From positions 1 to 48,433 of the forward strand of contig CAYGUR010000002.1 in assembly GCA_964353035.1 (NCBI GenBank): 48,433 nt of DNA, written 5' to 3'. Made by a program: the position numbers and the translations under genes. Positions 38,601 through 47,098 of this stretch are shown piece by piece. Origin of the DNA: an uncultured Comamonadaceae bacterium (GTDB lineage Bacteria > Bacteroidota > Bacteroidia > Flavobacteriales_D > Sanyastnellaceae). The notes below the pieces were generated by a model, which saw only the letters and a program-made list of their open reading frames with translations, searched no databases and was not told where the DNA came from. Each line of letters opens with the position of its first letter. Positions within the stretch are counted from its first letter, which is position 1.

Positions 38601-39237
38601 GGAAATTGATCGACGTATTTTGGATTCGTTGAAAGAAAAAGAAGTGCTACTGCAGGAGGTGCATCACCGCGTGAAAAACAACCTCCAGGTGATTTCCAGC
38701 ATCTTGAACCTACAGTCTTCGTTCGTAGACGATGAAAAAACATTGGCCATTCTGGATGAAAGTCAAAGCAGGATCAAGACCATGAGCTACATCCATGAAA
38801 CGCTCTATCAAACTTCTGATTTCTCATCCATTGAGTTTACAGAATATATTTCCACTTTGACCAGTAGTTTGATTCAGTCTTATGGGTCGAAAGAGTGCAT
38901 TGTACGGTTGAAAACTGACTTTGATGAAATATACTTAAAGCTAGACCAGGCAATTCCTTGTGGGTTGATCATCAATGAATTGGTGAGCAACGCCATGAAG
39001 TATGCATACGTAGGACGAAAAAAAGGCGAGTTGAGACTGATTATCAAAGAGGTAGACGGAAAAATCCACCTCGAAGTGTCTGATAACGGTGTTGGAATGC
39101 CGAAAGATTACAATCCTCAAGAGTCCGATTCGTTAGGGATCTACTTGGTTCATGCCCTTGTTGAGCAGCTTGACGCCACCATGGAAATTAGAAACGAAAA
39201 GGGCACGAGGTTTTTACTTACTTTTGACAAGCAATAA
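35644..39237 (+). CDS. Soluble multi-PAS sensor histidine kinase (HisKA_2-type H-box)
   Basis: 1197-aa ORF with no TM segment. About 8 PAS-like modules are recognisable by recurrent ...DITE/DRK ends. The H-box is LLQEVHHRVKNNLQVISSILNLQ, and the HATPase N and G boxes are NELVSNAMKYA and DNGVGMP. Confidence 0.88.
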   Translation: MKKEIKSWVENSSEAIVIFDIQERKPASVNRSAEWFLHVLFGLSNSHCVSNFPEEIADFAFKSYKRIHEKPFQKTKFKNGLEVSVSSFFNEPNCCLLTMRMAGLTFPGRQALMVFENNVAGIYETNIEGQLLAFNKAFSDILGYETKELIGKEGSELYVHEGDRKDFLKALIREKKLINWEMRYQRKDESVAWCMENAFVLEQNGKQSIVGTIVDITEQKQNKDRFESLFYSSPDALLLVVNGSTGRVNRRCQEIFGYNEDELFEMNVFDPKNGIFKLSSSENEVFQHKLERLKNGETCKLRALSRRKDKSLFYSEVTITNSSLGSQEVIQVIVRDVSERVLYEESLKESESRFKLLSDVAIEGIVFLVDRQIRDCNKQFVRLFGFKNSEEMLGRNIEEFMSEIDIKRMEVLVSNKSEERKEIWSKNKDGQVLILEARGSRIEYQQMEMNVYLFYDVTSRKRTEQELEQSTERFKSLVENSPNGIFILIDGRIQYVNQSGLQLLKFQDEDDVFDEEFTSYFPEELQGKIQEDLDVVREGEEVEYREYKIIDSSGNQVEVGFKPTLTVYDNRPSVQVTLNNLSMRMKLMQETMRAQIAEEINIVLKREIEEHKLTQIKLREAENFRRNIIQSSIDMIIAVDKQQLITEFNPAAQEQFGYAFEEVVGKPLRILYKSEREYKKIESRIKKDLSFTGEIENITKNKKTFTSLLSASVIRNEEDIVVGSMGVSRDITELKKAEHELRESEERYRDLFENASDFIFSVNTSGNFKYANKAFLKTLGYTKSDLVSLSLSDVINSPDIAIGQPLDSFAGKAMELEFKSKDGKIINVYGDSSVKERNGKPDGIRAIYRDITDLREHERTALEQGAKLESIFNSTENMMMWTMSLQGQMTSANNNFRRWVSVDLDDKIEEGDPVLCLLEKNLNRDAYQQQLKDFEKAFDGTVTQFELPLKLTDDTEFWLQVFVNPVNIKGELNEVSCLAYDITDRKEIDRRILDSLKEKEVLLQEVHHRVKNNLQVISSILNLQSSFVDDEKTLAILDESQSRIKTMSYIHETLYQTSDFSSIEFTEYISTLTSSLIQSYGSKECIVRLKTDFDEIYLKLDQAIPCGLIINELVSNAMKYAYVGRKKGELRLIIKEVDGKIHLEVSDNGVGMPKDYNPQESDSLGIYLVHALVEQLDATMEIRNEKGTRFLLTFDKQ

Positions 39238-39251
39238 CCCACTCTTTTCCC

Positions 39252-40001
39252 ATGCCAGTTAATATCCTTGTTACCGAAGACGAAAGTATTGTTCGCAAAG
39301 ACATCGAACGAAGCCTCAAGAAATTGGGCTACAATGTTGTTGGGTCAGCTGATACAGGCGAAAAAGCCATTGAGCTTGCCCTGAAGTTGAAACCAGATGT
39401 TGCGTTAATGGACATTATGTTGAAAGGAACAATGACTGGAATTGAGGCTGCAGAGGCAATCAAAAGTCAAATTGACATTCCAATTATTTTCTTGACGGCC
39501 TACGCAGATGAAAGCACGCTTGCAAAAGCAAAGGTGACAGAGCCACACGGGTACATTTTAAAACCCTTCAAAGAAATTGACATTCACACGTCGATTGAAA
39601 TGGCCATTCACAAACACAAGAAAGAAAAAGAGCTCAAGGTTGAAGCAGATTTGCTTCGTGCCATGGCAGAGCACAAAGATGACGCTGAGTATCTTTTTGT
39701 GAAGCACAATTCTGCCCTTGTGAAAGTAAAGGTGGAAAATGTGCTGTTTATTGAAGCATTGAAAGACTATGTAGTCATTCATACCGTTGATGAGAAGTAC
39801 ACCATTCACTCAACCATGAAAGAAATTGAACGCAAGCTTCCTCAGCGCTTTTTCCTTCGCGTTCACCGCTCTTTTATTGTGAATATGGATAAGATTTTGG
39901 CCATTGCTTCCAATGGATTGGTCATTGAGGGTGGTGAAAAAGAGCTTCCTATTGGTGGATCATACAAAGACCAACTTGGCAAACGCATTAACCTTCTGTA
40001 A
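39252..40001 (+). CDS. LytTR-family DNA-binding response regulator
   Basis: 249-aa ORF. The receiver domain has ILVTEDE and the phospho-Asp context VALMDIML. The C-terminal LytTR domain is FIEALKDYVVIHTVDEKYTIHSTMKEIERKLPQRFFLRVHRSFIVN. Confidence 0.9.
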   Translation: MPVNILVTEDESIVRKDIERSLKKLGYNVVGSADTGEKAIELALKLKPDVALMDIMLKGTMTGIEAAEAIKSQIDIPIIFLTAYADESTLAKAKVTEPHGYILKPFKEIDIHTSIEMAIHKHKKEKELKVEADLLRAMAEHKDDAEYLFVKHNSALVKVKVENVLFIEALKDYVVIHTVDEKYTIHSTMKEIERKLPQRFFLRVHRSFIVNMDKILAIASNGLVIEGGEKELPIGGSYKDQLGKRINLL

Positions 40002-40011
40002 TCGCATCGGA

Positions 40012-41280
40012 ATGTACGTTTCTTCAATCCGTAAAGGGTTAGTGACGCGTCGTCTACTCTTCTTTTTAGTGCCCTTAGGAATACTCTTTGCGCAGGTCGC
40101 ACATGGCCAATCAACACTATTTATTGATGTTTCTCCTGTATTCGGACACCAACAAAACATCTATGGTGCTGCCAATGACATTCAGTTCTTCGGTCCAGAT
40201 TCTCTAGAATCAGACACCCTTTTCGTCAATGATTCCTTCCATGAAGAGCACTTGAAATTCAATTTTGTGTTCGAAAATGACCAGCATAAAGTAAATTGGG
40301 AAAACAGCGCCATGTTGCGCACGTATCGGACTATAAAGGCAGCAAACACCCGTAATTTCAGCAGTGAACTGCGCTACAACTACCAATCGAAAGAGCGTTT
40401 TGTGGCTGGTGCTCAAGTGAGGTTGGGAAGTTATGACGAAGTAGATCTAGATTTAATCACTACAGATTTGCTTATTCCCCAAAGCCAAACAGCCCTTTTT
40501 CTTTCGTTCACTGTCGGAATGAAAGGAGAGCGAAACAAGGTGATTTTCACACCAAACCTTCACCGTCAACGCTTTGATTATTGCCTGAGCTGCGCCTATG
40601 AAGAAAGCCTACCTAGCTTAAGCAGCAACGCTTGGAATGTGCTATTATCAGACACATTACTCGTGGGAAGAGGAGTGAATCAACAACAGTTTGGATTCGG
40701 TATTTCTTGGGGAAAAAGAGCATTCCTTGATTGGGAAAATACGGCTTTGTTGAATCCACAATTTCCTGAGTCAAGCAGCTCTCAGTTTCTTGCTTACAAT
40801 CCTGACGAGAACTACAACCCTCACCAATGGAGCTTTTTGACGGTTTCAGCAGATTACACGTTCCCCATCAACGCCGTTTCTAAATTGGTTCCTTTTCTCA
40901 GTTACGAGCAACGCACAGATCTAGGAAACAGTGATTTCAGCAGAAACGACCTAAGCGCAGGAATGACCCTTCAGCTGCGTTTGGAAAAACTCCGTGTAGA
41001 AGCGCGCGGACTGTTTTCGAACCAGACATTTACAGATCGTCTGACGGGAGTTTCTGGGGAAGAAGGAAGAGAAAGTCTGAGCTATACCCTGATTTCTGCT
41101 CAGTTAGCGGCTTCGTATAAAATTGCAGGATCACTGTACGCGAATGTTGGAGGAATGTACAGTTCAAGGGAGTCCAATGAGCTTAGAACCACAACGGCAG
41201 CGCGCAGATCATACGAACGATGGGGAGTGTTTGGCGGATTGCGATTCCTGCTAGAGACGGAGCGTTCAGGAAAAAAGTAG
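40012..41280 (+). CDS. Hypothetical outer-membrane beta-barrel-like protein
   Basis: The start is taken at MYVSSIRKGLVTRRLLFFLVPLGILFAQVAHGQ, which reads as a signal peptide. The tracked ORF start at 39904 overlaps the response-regulator gene. Alternating-hydrophobic strands and an aromatic-rich C-terminal region (WGVFGGLRFLL) support a barrel. I recognise no family. Confidence 0.5.
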   Translation: MYVSSIRKGLVTRRLLFFLVPLGILFAQVAHGQSTLFIDVSPVFGHQQNIYGAANDIQFFGPDSLESDTLFVNDSFHEEHLKFNFVFENDQHKVNWENSAMLRTYRTIKAANTRNFSSELRYNYQSKERFVAGAQVRLGSYDEVDLDLITTDLLIPQSQTALFLSFTVGMKGERNKVIFTPNLHRQRFDYCLSCAYEESLPSLSSNAWNVLLSDTLLVGRGVNQQQFGFGISWGKRAFLDWENTALLNPQFPESSSSQFLAYNPDENYNPHQWSFLTVSADYTFPINAVSKLVPFLSYEQRTDLGNSDFSRNDLSAGMTLQLRLEKLRVEARGLFSNQTFTDRLTGVSGEEGRESLSYTLISAQLAASYKIAGSLYANVGGMYSSRESNELRTTTAARRSYERWGVFGGLRFLLETERSGKK

Positions 41281-41283
41281 ACA

Positions 41284-41313
41284 CAAAAAAAGTCCCGAGT
41301 AGTACTCGAGACT
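41284..41313 (-). terminator. Rho-independent terminator for tRNA-Asn, possibly bidirectional for the + strand operon ending at 41280
   Basis: On the minus-strand RNA, AGUCUCGAG-uacua-CUCGGGACU forms a 9-bp stem with one G-U pair followed by U7. On the plus strand the same stem has a C-A mismatch and a weaker UUUCUU tail. Confidence 0.75.
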
Positions 41314-41319
41314 TTCTTG

Positions 41320-41393
41320 CTCCCCCGGTTGGACTTGAACCAACGACCCTCTGATTAACAGTCAGATGCTCTAACCAGCTGAGCTACAGGGGA
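41320..41393 (-). tRNA. tRNA-Asn (anticodon GTT)
   Basis: Manual cloverleaf of 74 nt. The acceptor stem is TCCCCTG/CGGGGGA (one G-U pair) and the D arm is GCTC-AGCTGGTTA-GAGC. The anticodon arm is TCTGA-CTGTTAA-TCAGA, the variable loop is GGGTC, and the T arm is GTTGG-TTCAAGT-CCAAC. The discriminator is G and CCA is not encoded. Confidence 0.93.
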
Positions 41394-41454
41394 ATGTTTT
41401 TTCCGTTTTCCTCAAACGGGGTGCAATATTACGTTAATCTTCGATTCAAAACAA

Positions 41455-41462
41455 TATCTTTG
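41455..41462 (+). promoter_or_regulatory. Bacteroidota-type -7 promoter box (TAnnTTTG), candidate promoter of the PfkB kinase gene
   Basis: Exact TATCTTTG sits 14 nt upstream of the ATG at 41477. This is a motif match only. Confidence 0.4.
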
Positions 41463-41476
41463 CGGAAATTTTTATC

Positions 41477-42403
41477 ATGAGTTTGATCGCAGTAGGAACA
41501 GTTGCCTTTGACGCAATTGAAACACCATTCGGAAAAACAGACAAAGTTGTAGGTGGTGCTGCAACATATATAACGTTGGCAGCCAATTACTTCGTTAAGA
41601 AGTCGAACCTTATTTCTGTCATTGGAGATGACTTCCCAACCGCCTTTTTGGCCGACATGGAGCAGCGAGGAATTGCACAAGAAGGCTTGCAAATTAAAGC
41701 AGGAGAAAAGTCGTTTTTCTGGTCTGGCAAGTATCATTACGACCTAAATTCACGTGACACCTTGGTCACAGAGCTAAATGTTTTGGCTGATTTTAAGCCT
41801 GTGGTTCCAGAAAGCTACCAAGGATGTGAATACCTAATGTTGGGCAACTTGGACCCGAACGTCCAGCTTTCAGTTATTGATCAATTGAAAGAACGTCCGA
41901 AATTGGTGGTACTCGATACCATGAACTTCTGGATGGACATTGCCCTTGACCCATTGAAAGAGGTGATTGCAAAAATTGACGTGCTTACCATCAATGATGA
42001 GGAAGCAAGACAGCTTACAGGAGAATACTCTTTGGTGAAGGCTGCTCAGAAGATTTTAGAGATGGGGCCATCACACTTGATTATCAAAAAAGGAGAGCAC
42101 GGAGCATTGTTGTTCGACAAAGAGCAGGTGTTCTTCGCGCCAGCACTTCCTTTGGAAGATGTTGTAGATCCAACAGGTGCTGGAGATACATTCGCTGGAG
42201 GATTCATAGGTTACCTTGCTCACACCAAAGACCTCAGCTTTGAGAACATGAAGCGCGCAGTGATCATTGGCTCAGCCATGGCGTCATTTACGTGTGAAGC
42301 ATTTGGACCAGAGCGTTTACTGGAGCTAACAACAGACGAAATCGACGTGCGAATTCAGAAGTTCGTTGACCTCGTTGATTTCGACATTCTGTTTGTAGAG
42401 TAA
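41477..42403 (+). CDS. PfkB-family carbohydrate/nucleoside kinase
   Basis: 308-aa ORF with the C-terminal PfkB signature DPTGAGDTFAGGF and a ribokinase-like fold pattern. Confidence 0.85.
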   Translation: MSLIAVGTVAFDAIETPFGKTDKVVGGAATYITLAANYFVKKSNLISVIGDDFPTAFLADMEQRGIAQEGLQIKAGEKSFFWSGKYHYDLNSRDTLVTELNVLADFKPVVPESYQGCEYLMLGNLDPNVQLSVIDQLKERPKLVVLDTMNFWMDIALDPLKEVIAKIDVLTINDEEARQLTGEYSLVKAAQKILEMGPSHLIIKKGEHGALLFDKEQVFFAPALPLEDVVDPTGAGDTFAGGFIGYLAHTKDLSFENMKRAVIIGSAMASFTCEAFGPERLLELTTDEIDVRIQKFVDLVDFDILFVE

Positions 42404-42404
42404 T

Positions 42405-43277
42405 CTACTCTTCGAAAACCAGGTATTGAAGGGGGTCAACAGGTGACCCTCTTACCCACAATTCAAAGTGAAGGTGTGGTCCGTCTGAGTGGTCACCAGT
42501 ATTTCCAATCACGGCAATGGACTCACCAGCTTTGACGGTTTCGCCTACCTCTTTGTAAAGCGCAGAATTGTGCTTGTAGACAGAGATGAGGTTGTTTTCA
42601 TGCTGAATGGCGATGACGTTTCCGCCGTCAGAGGTGAAACTGGCCAGTACCACAGAACCGGGGAGAACAGCTTTGACCACTGAGCTTTCTGGTGCTACAA
42701 GGTCAAGGCCATAATGTTGAATGTCTGGGTCGAATAAAGAGCTAATGGTGCCATCAACGGGTTTGAATAGAAATCCGCTTACGGGCAACCCTGTTGTGTT
42801 TTCAGTGGCATCAACACGTAGCGCGAATCGGTCTTCTTTTTCGACCTGCGCTCGCAAGACAGAGTCACTTTCTGATAAGGAGAAGCTCAAATCGCTCGGG
42901 GGCAAATCTTGACCCAATTCACCACTAAGGCTGTCCAAAGGAATGTCGCCGCTAAAAATTCGCCGCAAATTTTCGAGGTAATTGCTTTGTGTGAGCAGTT
43001 TAGCTTGCAACGAGTCAACAGATTGTCGGGCTTCTTTCGCGTCAGCTTTCAATTGATCATCAGCATATCCAGGCACAATGTATTCGCGCAGCGGGGTCAA
43101 TGCCGTGATGGAATAGGTAATTCCACCAATGACGATGAAGATGCCAAGGAGCAAAAGAATAACGTTCATGGGAGTTAGTAGCAAAGAGAACTGCTCTTCG
43201 TAACTTGCTTCGCGAAGCAGGGAAAGACGGTATTTGTTCTTTAACCTTCGGAATAATTTTTTCTTCTTTTTTGCCAC
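42405..43277 (-). CDS. M23-family peptidoglycan metalloendopeptidase, membrane-anchored
   Basis: 290-aa ORF with a basic N-terminus plus one TM helix. The C-terminal LytM domain has H.GLDL and GNTGDHSDGPHLHFELW. Confidence 0.85.
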   Translation of the reverse strand: MAKKKKKLFRRLKNKYRLSLLREASYEEQFSLLLTPMNVILLLLGIFIVIGGITYSITALTPLREYIVPGYADDQLKADAKEARQSVDSLQAKLLTQSNYLENLRRIFSGDIPLDSLSGELGQDLPPSDLSFSLSESDSVLRAQVEKEDRFALRVDATENTTGLPVSGFLFKPVDGTISSLFDPDIQHYGLDLVAPESSVVKAVLPGSVVLASFTSDGGNVIAIQHENNLISVYKHNSALYKEVGETVKAGESIAVIGNTGDHSDGPHLHFELWVRGSPVDPLQYLVFEE

Positions 43278-43338
43278 CTTTTCTAAGTTCTGTTATGCGA
43301 AATACGGGAAAGGCTGAAGAAAAACAGAAAAATTAAAA

Positions 43339-43346
43339 TATTTTTG
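43339..43346 (+). promoter_or_regulatory. Bacteroidota-type -7 promoter box (TAnnTTTG), candidate promoter of the porW-like gene
   Basis: Exact TATTTTTG sits 45 nt upstream of the proposed TTG start at 43392. This is a motif match only. Confidence 0.35.
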
Positions 43347-43391
43347 CGTGTTTTCTGTTAGACAAAGACTGAAAACCAAACTGGTCTCGAT

Positions 43392-46049
43392 TTGAATTAT
43401 TCCCGTTTTACACGTTTGATTTTGTTCATGCTGATCGTTTTTGCTTCGTGCACAACGAAGAAAGATGGTTTCGTGTACCGTGTGTTTCACAACACCACTG
43501 CGCGCTACAACGGCTATTTCTATGCCAAGGAGGCCATGCGGGAGGCAGACATGCAGCTGGCAGAGCAACAGAAGGACGATTACGACGAGATCCTTCCAAT
43601 CTTCATCATGGGTACCGAGGAGACCGCTCAAGGAATCTTCCCCCAAATGGAACGAGCCATTGAAAAAAGCTCGTTGGTGATAGAACGTCACAAAATGAAT
43701 CCTCAAGGCAAGAGCAAGAAAAAGAACAAGCGGCCTGAGATGAATAAGTGGATTGACGACAACTACCTTCTCATAGGCCAGGCGTATTTTTACAAGCAGA
43801 ATTATTTCAAAGCGGAAGAAATGTTCCTCTTTGTGAGCAGAAAATACAAAGAGCCTGAAATGCAGGCTTTGGCAAATGCGTGGCTCACACGCTGCCATGT
43901 TCAGAGAGAAGCTTGGACCGCTGCCAAGAACACCATTTTAAAAGCAGAGCAGATAAACAATGTAGAGCCCGAAGTGAAAGCAGAGGTTTTGCTTGTGTAT
44001 GCTGATTATTTCATTCAACAAGAGATGTACAAAGAGGCGGCCGATGCGCTGAAAGATGCTTTGAAGTACATTGAGAAAAAGAAAGATCGCGCCCGTCCAA
44101 CCTATATTCTAGCACAACTTATGCAGAAGATGAACAAGTCTTCTGACGCCATTACCTACTACGAAACTGTGCTCAAACTCAAGCCAAGCTTCGAAATGGA
44201 GTTCTACGCGAAGATTAGTCAGGCACTTGCTTTTGAGCGTAGAAAGGGTAATTCTGGACAAATCAAGGAGACACTCTTCAAAATGCTCAAGGACGAAAAG
44301 AACGAAGAGTACCGCGACCAAATTTATTATGCGCTTGCGGAAATTGAACTGGAAGAGCAGAAAAGAAACCTAGGAATAGATTACCTAGAGCAATCATTGA
44401 GGGCGAATAAAGACAATCAACGTCAGAAAATGAAGAGTTTTCTTCGTCTGGCAGATTTGTACTTAGAAGACAAAGATTACCAGCTTGCCCAAGCATACTA
44501 TGACAGCACGTTCAAGAACATTCAAGAAGACCACGATCGTTACCTCGATGTGAAAAACAAGGCTGAGAGCTTGACAGAGCTGGTGACCTATTTGAATGTC
44601 ATTGAATCCCAAGACAGTATTAGTCAGCTTTGTTCTTTAGACGAAGAAGAGCTCATTCGTAAGATGAAGAAAATTCGTCGACAAATGGTGGAAGAGCGCG
44701 AACAAGAGATTGCAGCAGCGGAAGCCGCTCTAGCCGCCGCCAACCAGGGAGGAGGTGACGATGGCGCGTCGGCCTCATTTTGGCCTTACAACGCTGCGCT
44801 GAAGCAAAGAGGGCAACAGGCCTTTTTAAATGTGTGGGGAAACAGAGAGCTCGAAGACAACTGGCGAAGAAGTAATAAGCTTCAGCAGTCTTTTGGGGAT
44901 GGCGAAGAACAAGAAGAGCAGATTGCTGAAGAGAAACCGAAGGAAAAAGAAGAGCAGCGAGATGAAATACCCTCTGTTGAAGATATGATTGCTTCGTTGC
45001 CCTGTTCTGATGCAGACAGAGCGCAAGGAGACACAGACATTGCAGACGCGTATTACAACTCAGGTGTGATTTACCGCGAAAAACTGGAGGATCTTGACAA
45101 TGCCATTGAGCAGTGGGAGGTGTTGGTTACACGATTTGAAGAGAGTGATTTCCACCCTACAGCCTACTATTTGCTTCACAGAACCTACTTGTACAGAGAA
45201 AACACAGAGAATTATTCCAATCCGTTCTGTGGAACCTGTAACAGTCAACATTGGGCAGACTTAATTCTGGAGAAATACCCAGGGTCAGAATGGTCACAAT
45301 TGGTTGAGAACCCTGACTACCAAGATTATGCCGAGCTGAAAAAGGCAGAAGAGCGCGAAGCCTATGCCGCCTTGCTTTCTCAGTACTATTCAAGAAGCTA
45401 CAGAGAAGTAGTTGCTCACTCTGACTCAGTGATTCGAACAGAACCAGAGAATTCAGTGTTGTGCAAGTACAAAGTGCTTCGAGCGCAGGCAGTGGGTTAT
45501 TTGGACGGACAGGCAGGAATTCGAACCACCTACTTAGAGGCCCTTGAAAGTGTGAAAACAGAGTGTCCTGACACTGAAGAAGCGGCCTTTGCAGCAGACC
45601 TTCTGATGAAGCTGAAAGGCGGAAATACGGTTCGTGGGGAGAAAGATCCTAAAGAAGAAAAGGAAGATACGCCGGTTGATAGTCCGTACGCTTTCGATGA
45701 AAGCTCTCGCCATTACTTCATGCTCATTTTACCTATAGGTGAAGGTGATGTGAACAAGATCAAAGGCACATTGTCTGATTTTACTTCAACTAACTTTGCT
45801 ACGAACGGACTTAGAGTTTCTTCAAGTTTGATTGACAGAGACAACCAGCTGGTCTTGGTGAAGACCTTCAACCGAATTACCGACGCAAAGAGCTACATAA
45901 GTGCATTTAACAATAATGAGGACGTAAAAGAGCTTCGCGAAGCAGGTTATAAAGTATCTTTAATTTCTAAGGAAAACTATGTAACACTCTTCAAGACGAA
46001 GGAGATCGAGAGCTATCAGCAGTTCTACGAAGCCAATTACGTCGACTAA
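43392..46049 (+). CDS. porW: T9SS periplasmic TPR lipoprotein PorW/SprE-like
   Basis: 885-aa ORF whose TTG start gives the lipoprotein signal MNYSRFTRLILFMLIVFASC. The N-terminal block FVYRVFHNTTARYNGYFYA and the multiple TPR-like helices resemble SprE as I recall it, as do the overall size and the position upstream of bactofilin and the atp operon. HMM confirmation is needed. Confidence 0.6.
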   Translation: MNYSRFTRLILFMLIVFASCTTKKDGFVYRVFHNTTARYNGYFYAKEAMREADMQLAEQQKDDYDEILPIFIMGTEETAQGIFPQMERAIEKSSLVIERHKMNPQGKSKKKNKRPEMNKWIDDNYLLIGQAYFYKQNYFKAEEMFLFVSRKYKEPEMQALANAWLTRCHVQREAWTAAKNTILKAEQINNVEPEVKAEVLLVYADYFIQQEMYKEAADALKDALKYIEKKKDRARPTYILAQLMQKMNKSSDAITYYETVLKLKPSFEMEFYAKISQALAFERRKGNSGQIKETLFKMLKDEKNEEYRDQIYYALAEIELEEQKRNLGIDYLEQSLRANKDNQRQKMKSFLRLADLYLEDKDYQLAQAYYDSTFKNIQEDHDRYLDVKNKAESLTELVTYLNVIESQDSISQLCSLDEEELIRKMKKIRRQMVEEREQEIAAAEAALAAANQGGGDDGASASFWPYNAALKQRGQQAFLNVWGNRELEDNWRRSNKLQQSFGDGEEQEEQIAEEKPKEKEEQRDEIPSVEDMIASLPCSDADRAQGDTDIADAYYNSGVIYREKLEDLDNAIEQWEVLVTRFEESDFHPTAYYLLHRTYLYRENTENYSNPFCGTCNSQHWADLILEKYPGSEWSQLVENPDYQDYAELKKAEEREAYAALLSQYYSRSYREVVAHSDSVIRTEPENSVLCKYKVLRAQAVGYLDGQAGIRTTYLEALESVKTECPDTEEAAFAADLLMKLKGGNTVRGEKDPKEEKEDTPVDSPYAFDESSRHYFMLILPIGEGDVNKIKGTLSDFTSTNFATNGLRVSSSLIDRDNQLVLVKTFNRITDAKSYISAFNNNEDVKELREAGYKVSLISKENYVTLFKTKEIESYQQFYEANYVD

Positions 46050-46054
46050 CCACC

Positions 46055-46480
46055 ATGAAAAGAAACAAGCGAATGGCGCGCGCAACAGAGAACCCGTTGG
46101 AAAATGGAATAAACCGCATTGTAGAAGGAACCCGGTTTAAGGGTGAAATCTCTTGCGAGAGTAACATTCGAATTGACGGTGCCTTTGAAGGAGACCTTTC
46201 AACCAAAGGCAGACTTGTTGTTGGTCCACAGGGAAGTTTGAAAGGAACTGTAGTGTGTCAAAACTGCGAGGTGGAAGGCGCATTGGAAGGCAAAGTTTCA
46301 GTTGATGAATTGCTTTCGCTCAAGTCAACAGCATCAGTAGACGGTGAAGTTCACTACGGAAAGTTGAGCATTGAGCCTGGGGCAGCGCTCACAGGAACGT
46401 GTTTCATGGGCGGTAACAACAAAGATCACAAAGGTGACGGATTCAAAGCAGGACAAAAGTCCGAAGAGAAACCAGCCTAA
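46055..46480 (+). CDS. Bactofilin-family (DUF583) polymer-forming cytoskeletal protein
   Basis: 141-aa ORF with a beta-helix repeat pattern (I.EGT.F.GEI....NIRIDG.FEGDL...G.LVVG..G.L.G.V.C...EVEG.LEG.V). It starts 5 nt after the porW-like stop. Confidence 0.8.
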   Translation: MKRNKRMARATENPLENGINRIVEGTRFKGEISCESNIRIDGAFEGDLSTKGRLVVGPQGSLKGTVVCQNCEVEGALEGKVSVDELLSLKSTASVDGEVHYGKLSIEPGAALTGTCFMGGNNKDHKGDGFKAGQKSEEKPA

Positions 46481-46664
46481 TGCTTTTCTAAAGTATTCGA
46501 ACGTTGGTTTTGTGATGGCCGCTGCCATTGGCGTCTTTTTGTTCGGCGGAATGAAACTGGATGCGTACTTAGAAAATGAAAAACCGCTCTGGACCATTGT
46601 TGGAGCATTGATCGGGGTGTTCGCCGCGATGTATTACGTTATTAAGGATTTCTCTAAAAAATGA
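46434..46664 (+). CDS. AtpZ/AtpI-family small membrane protein; start uncertain
   Basis: A basic N-terminal stretch KSPKRNQPNAFLKYSNVGF is followed by two TM helices, which is typical of AtpZ-like proteins preceding the Bacteroidota atp operon. The only in-frame ATG upstream of that stretch is at 46371, and a GTG lies at 46434. Either start overlaps the bactofilin 3' end out of frame. An ATG at 46515 would delete the conserved stretch. Confidence 0.6.
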   Translation: MTDSKQDKSPKRNQPNAFLKYSNVGFVMAAAIGVFLFGGMKLDAYLENEKPLWTIVGALIGVFAAMYYVIKDFSKK

Positions 46665-47035
46665 ACAAGCGTCCCTTTCTAATTGCCAATTTTTCAGCAC
46701 TTGCATTCTTGTTGGTGATCTACCTTATATATGTCTATGTCTTCAACAATGCATATGACTGGGTTATTCCGGTGGTGTTACTGGGCTATAGCTTCTTGAA
46801 CATTGTTCTCTACAATATGTTAATCAGCGCCAATACCAAAAGCCCATCACGATTCATCACGGCCTTCACGGGGGTCGTTGGAATCAAACTCATGTCGGCC
46901 TTGGTCTTCTTACTCATCTACATGCTCACCACAGAGTCAGATCCAATTCCTGTTGTCGCCGCAGTATTTTTGGCCTATGTAACGTATACAATTGTCTTGA
47001 TTCGAACAGTATTGGCTGCCATTCGTCCGAAATAA
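46661..47035 (+). CDS. Hypothetical 4-TM membrane protein between atpZ-like gene and atpB
   Basis: 124-aa hydrophobic ORF whose ATG overlaps the upstream stop (ATGA). No motif is recognised, and its position suggests an ATP-synthase accessory (protein I-like) role. Confidence 0.5.
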   Translation: MNKRPFLIANFSALAFLLVIYLIYVYVFNNAYDWVIPVVLLGYSFLNIVLYNMLISANTKSPSRFITAFTGVVGIKLMSALVFLLIYMLTTESDPIPVVAAVFLAYVTYTIVLIRTVLAAIRPK

Positions 47036-47098
47036 GAAGAAAGTTCCATTTGGACGAAAATTTTTCTTTGACAGAACATACTATCAACATTATTTAAC

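Noticed and set aside
41281-41476. tRNA-Asn as an integration hotspot or genomic-island boundary
   Set aside because: No integrase, no direct repeat of the tRNA 3' end and no compositional break occur on either side. The flanking genes are ordinary chromosomal genes.
42397-42411. Short palindrome AGAGTA-atc-TACTCT that contains the stop codons of both convergent genes (PfkB kinase and M23 peptidase)
   Set aside because: The stem is only 6 bp with a 3-nt loop and has no U tract on either strand. It is probably too weak to be a terminator, so I note it as a curiosity only.
43293-43898. 201-aa minus-strand ORF overlapping the start of the porW-like gene
   Set aside because: It is antisense to a long TPR-lipoprotein CDS and runs through that gene's promoter region. 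No signal or motif is present.
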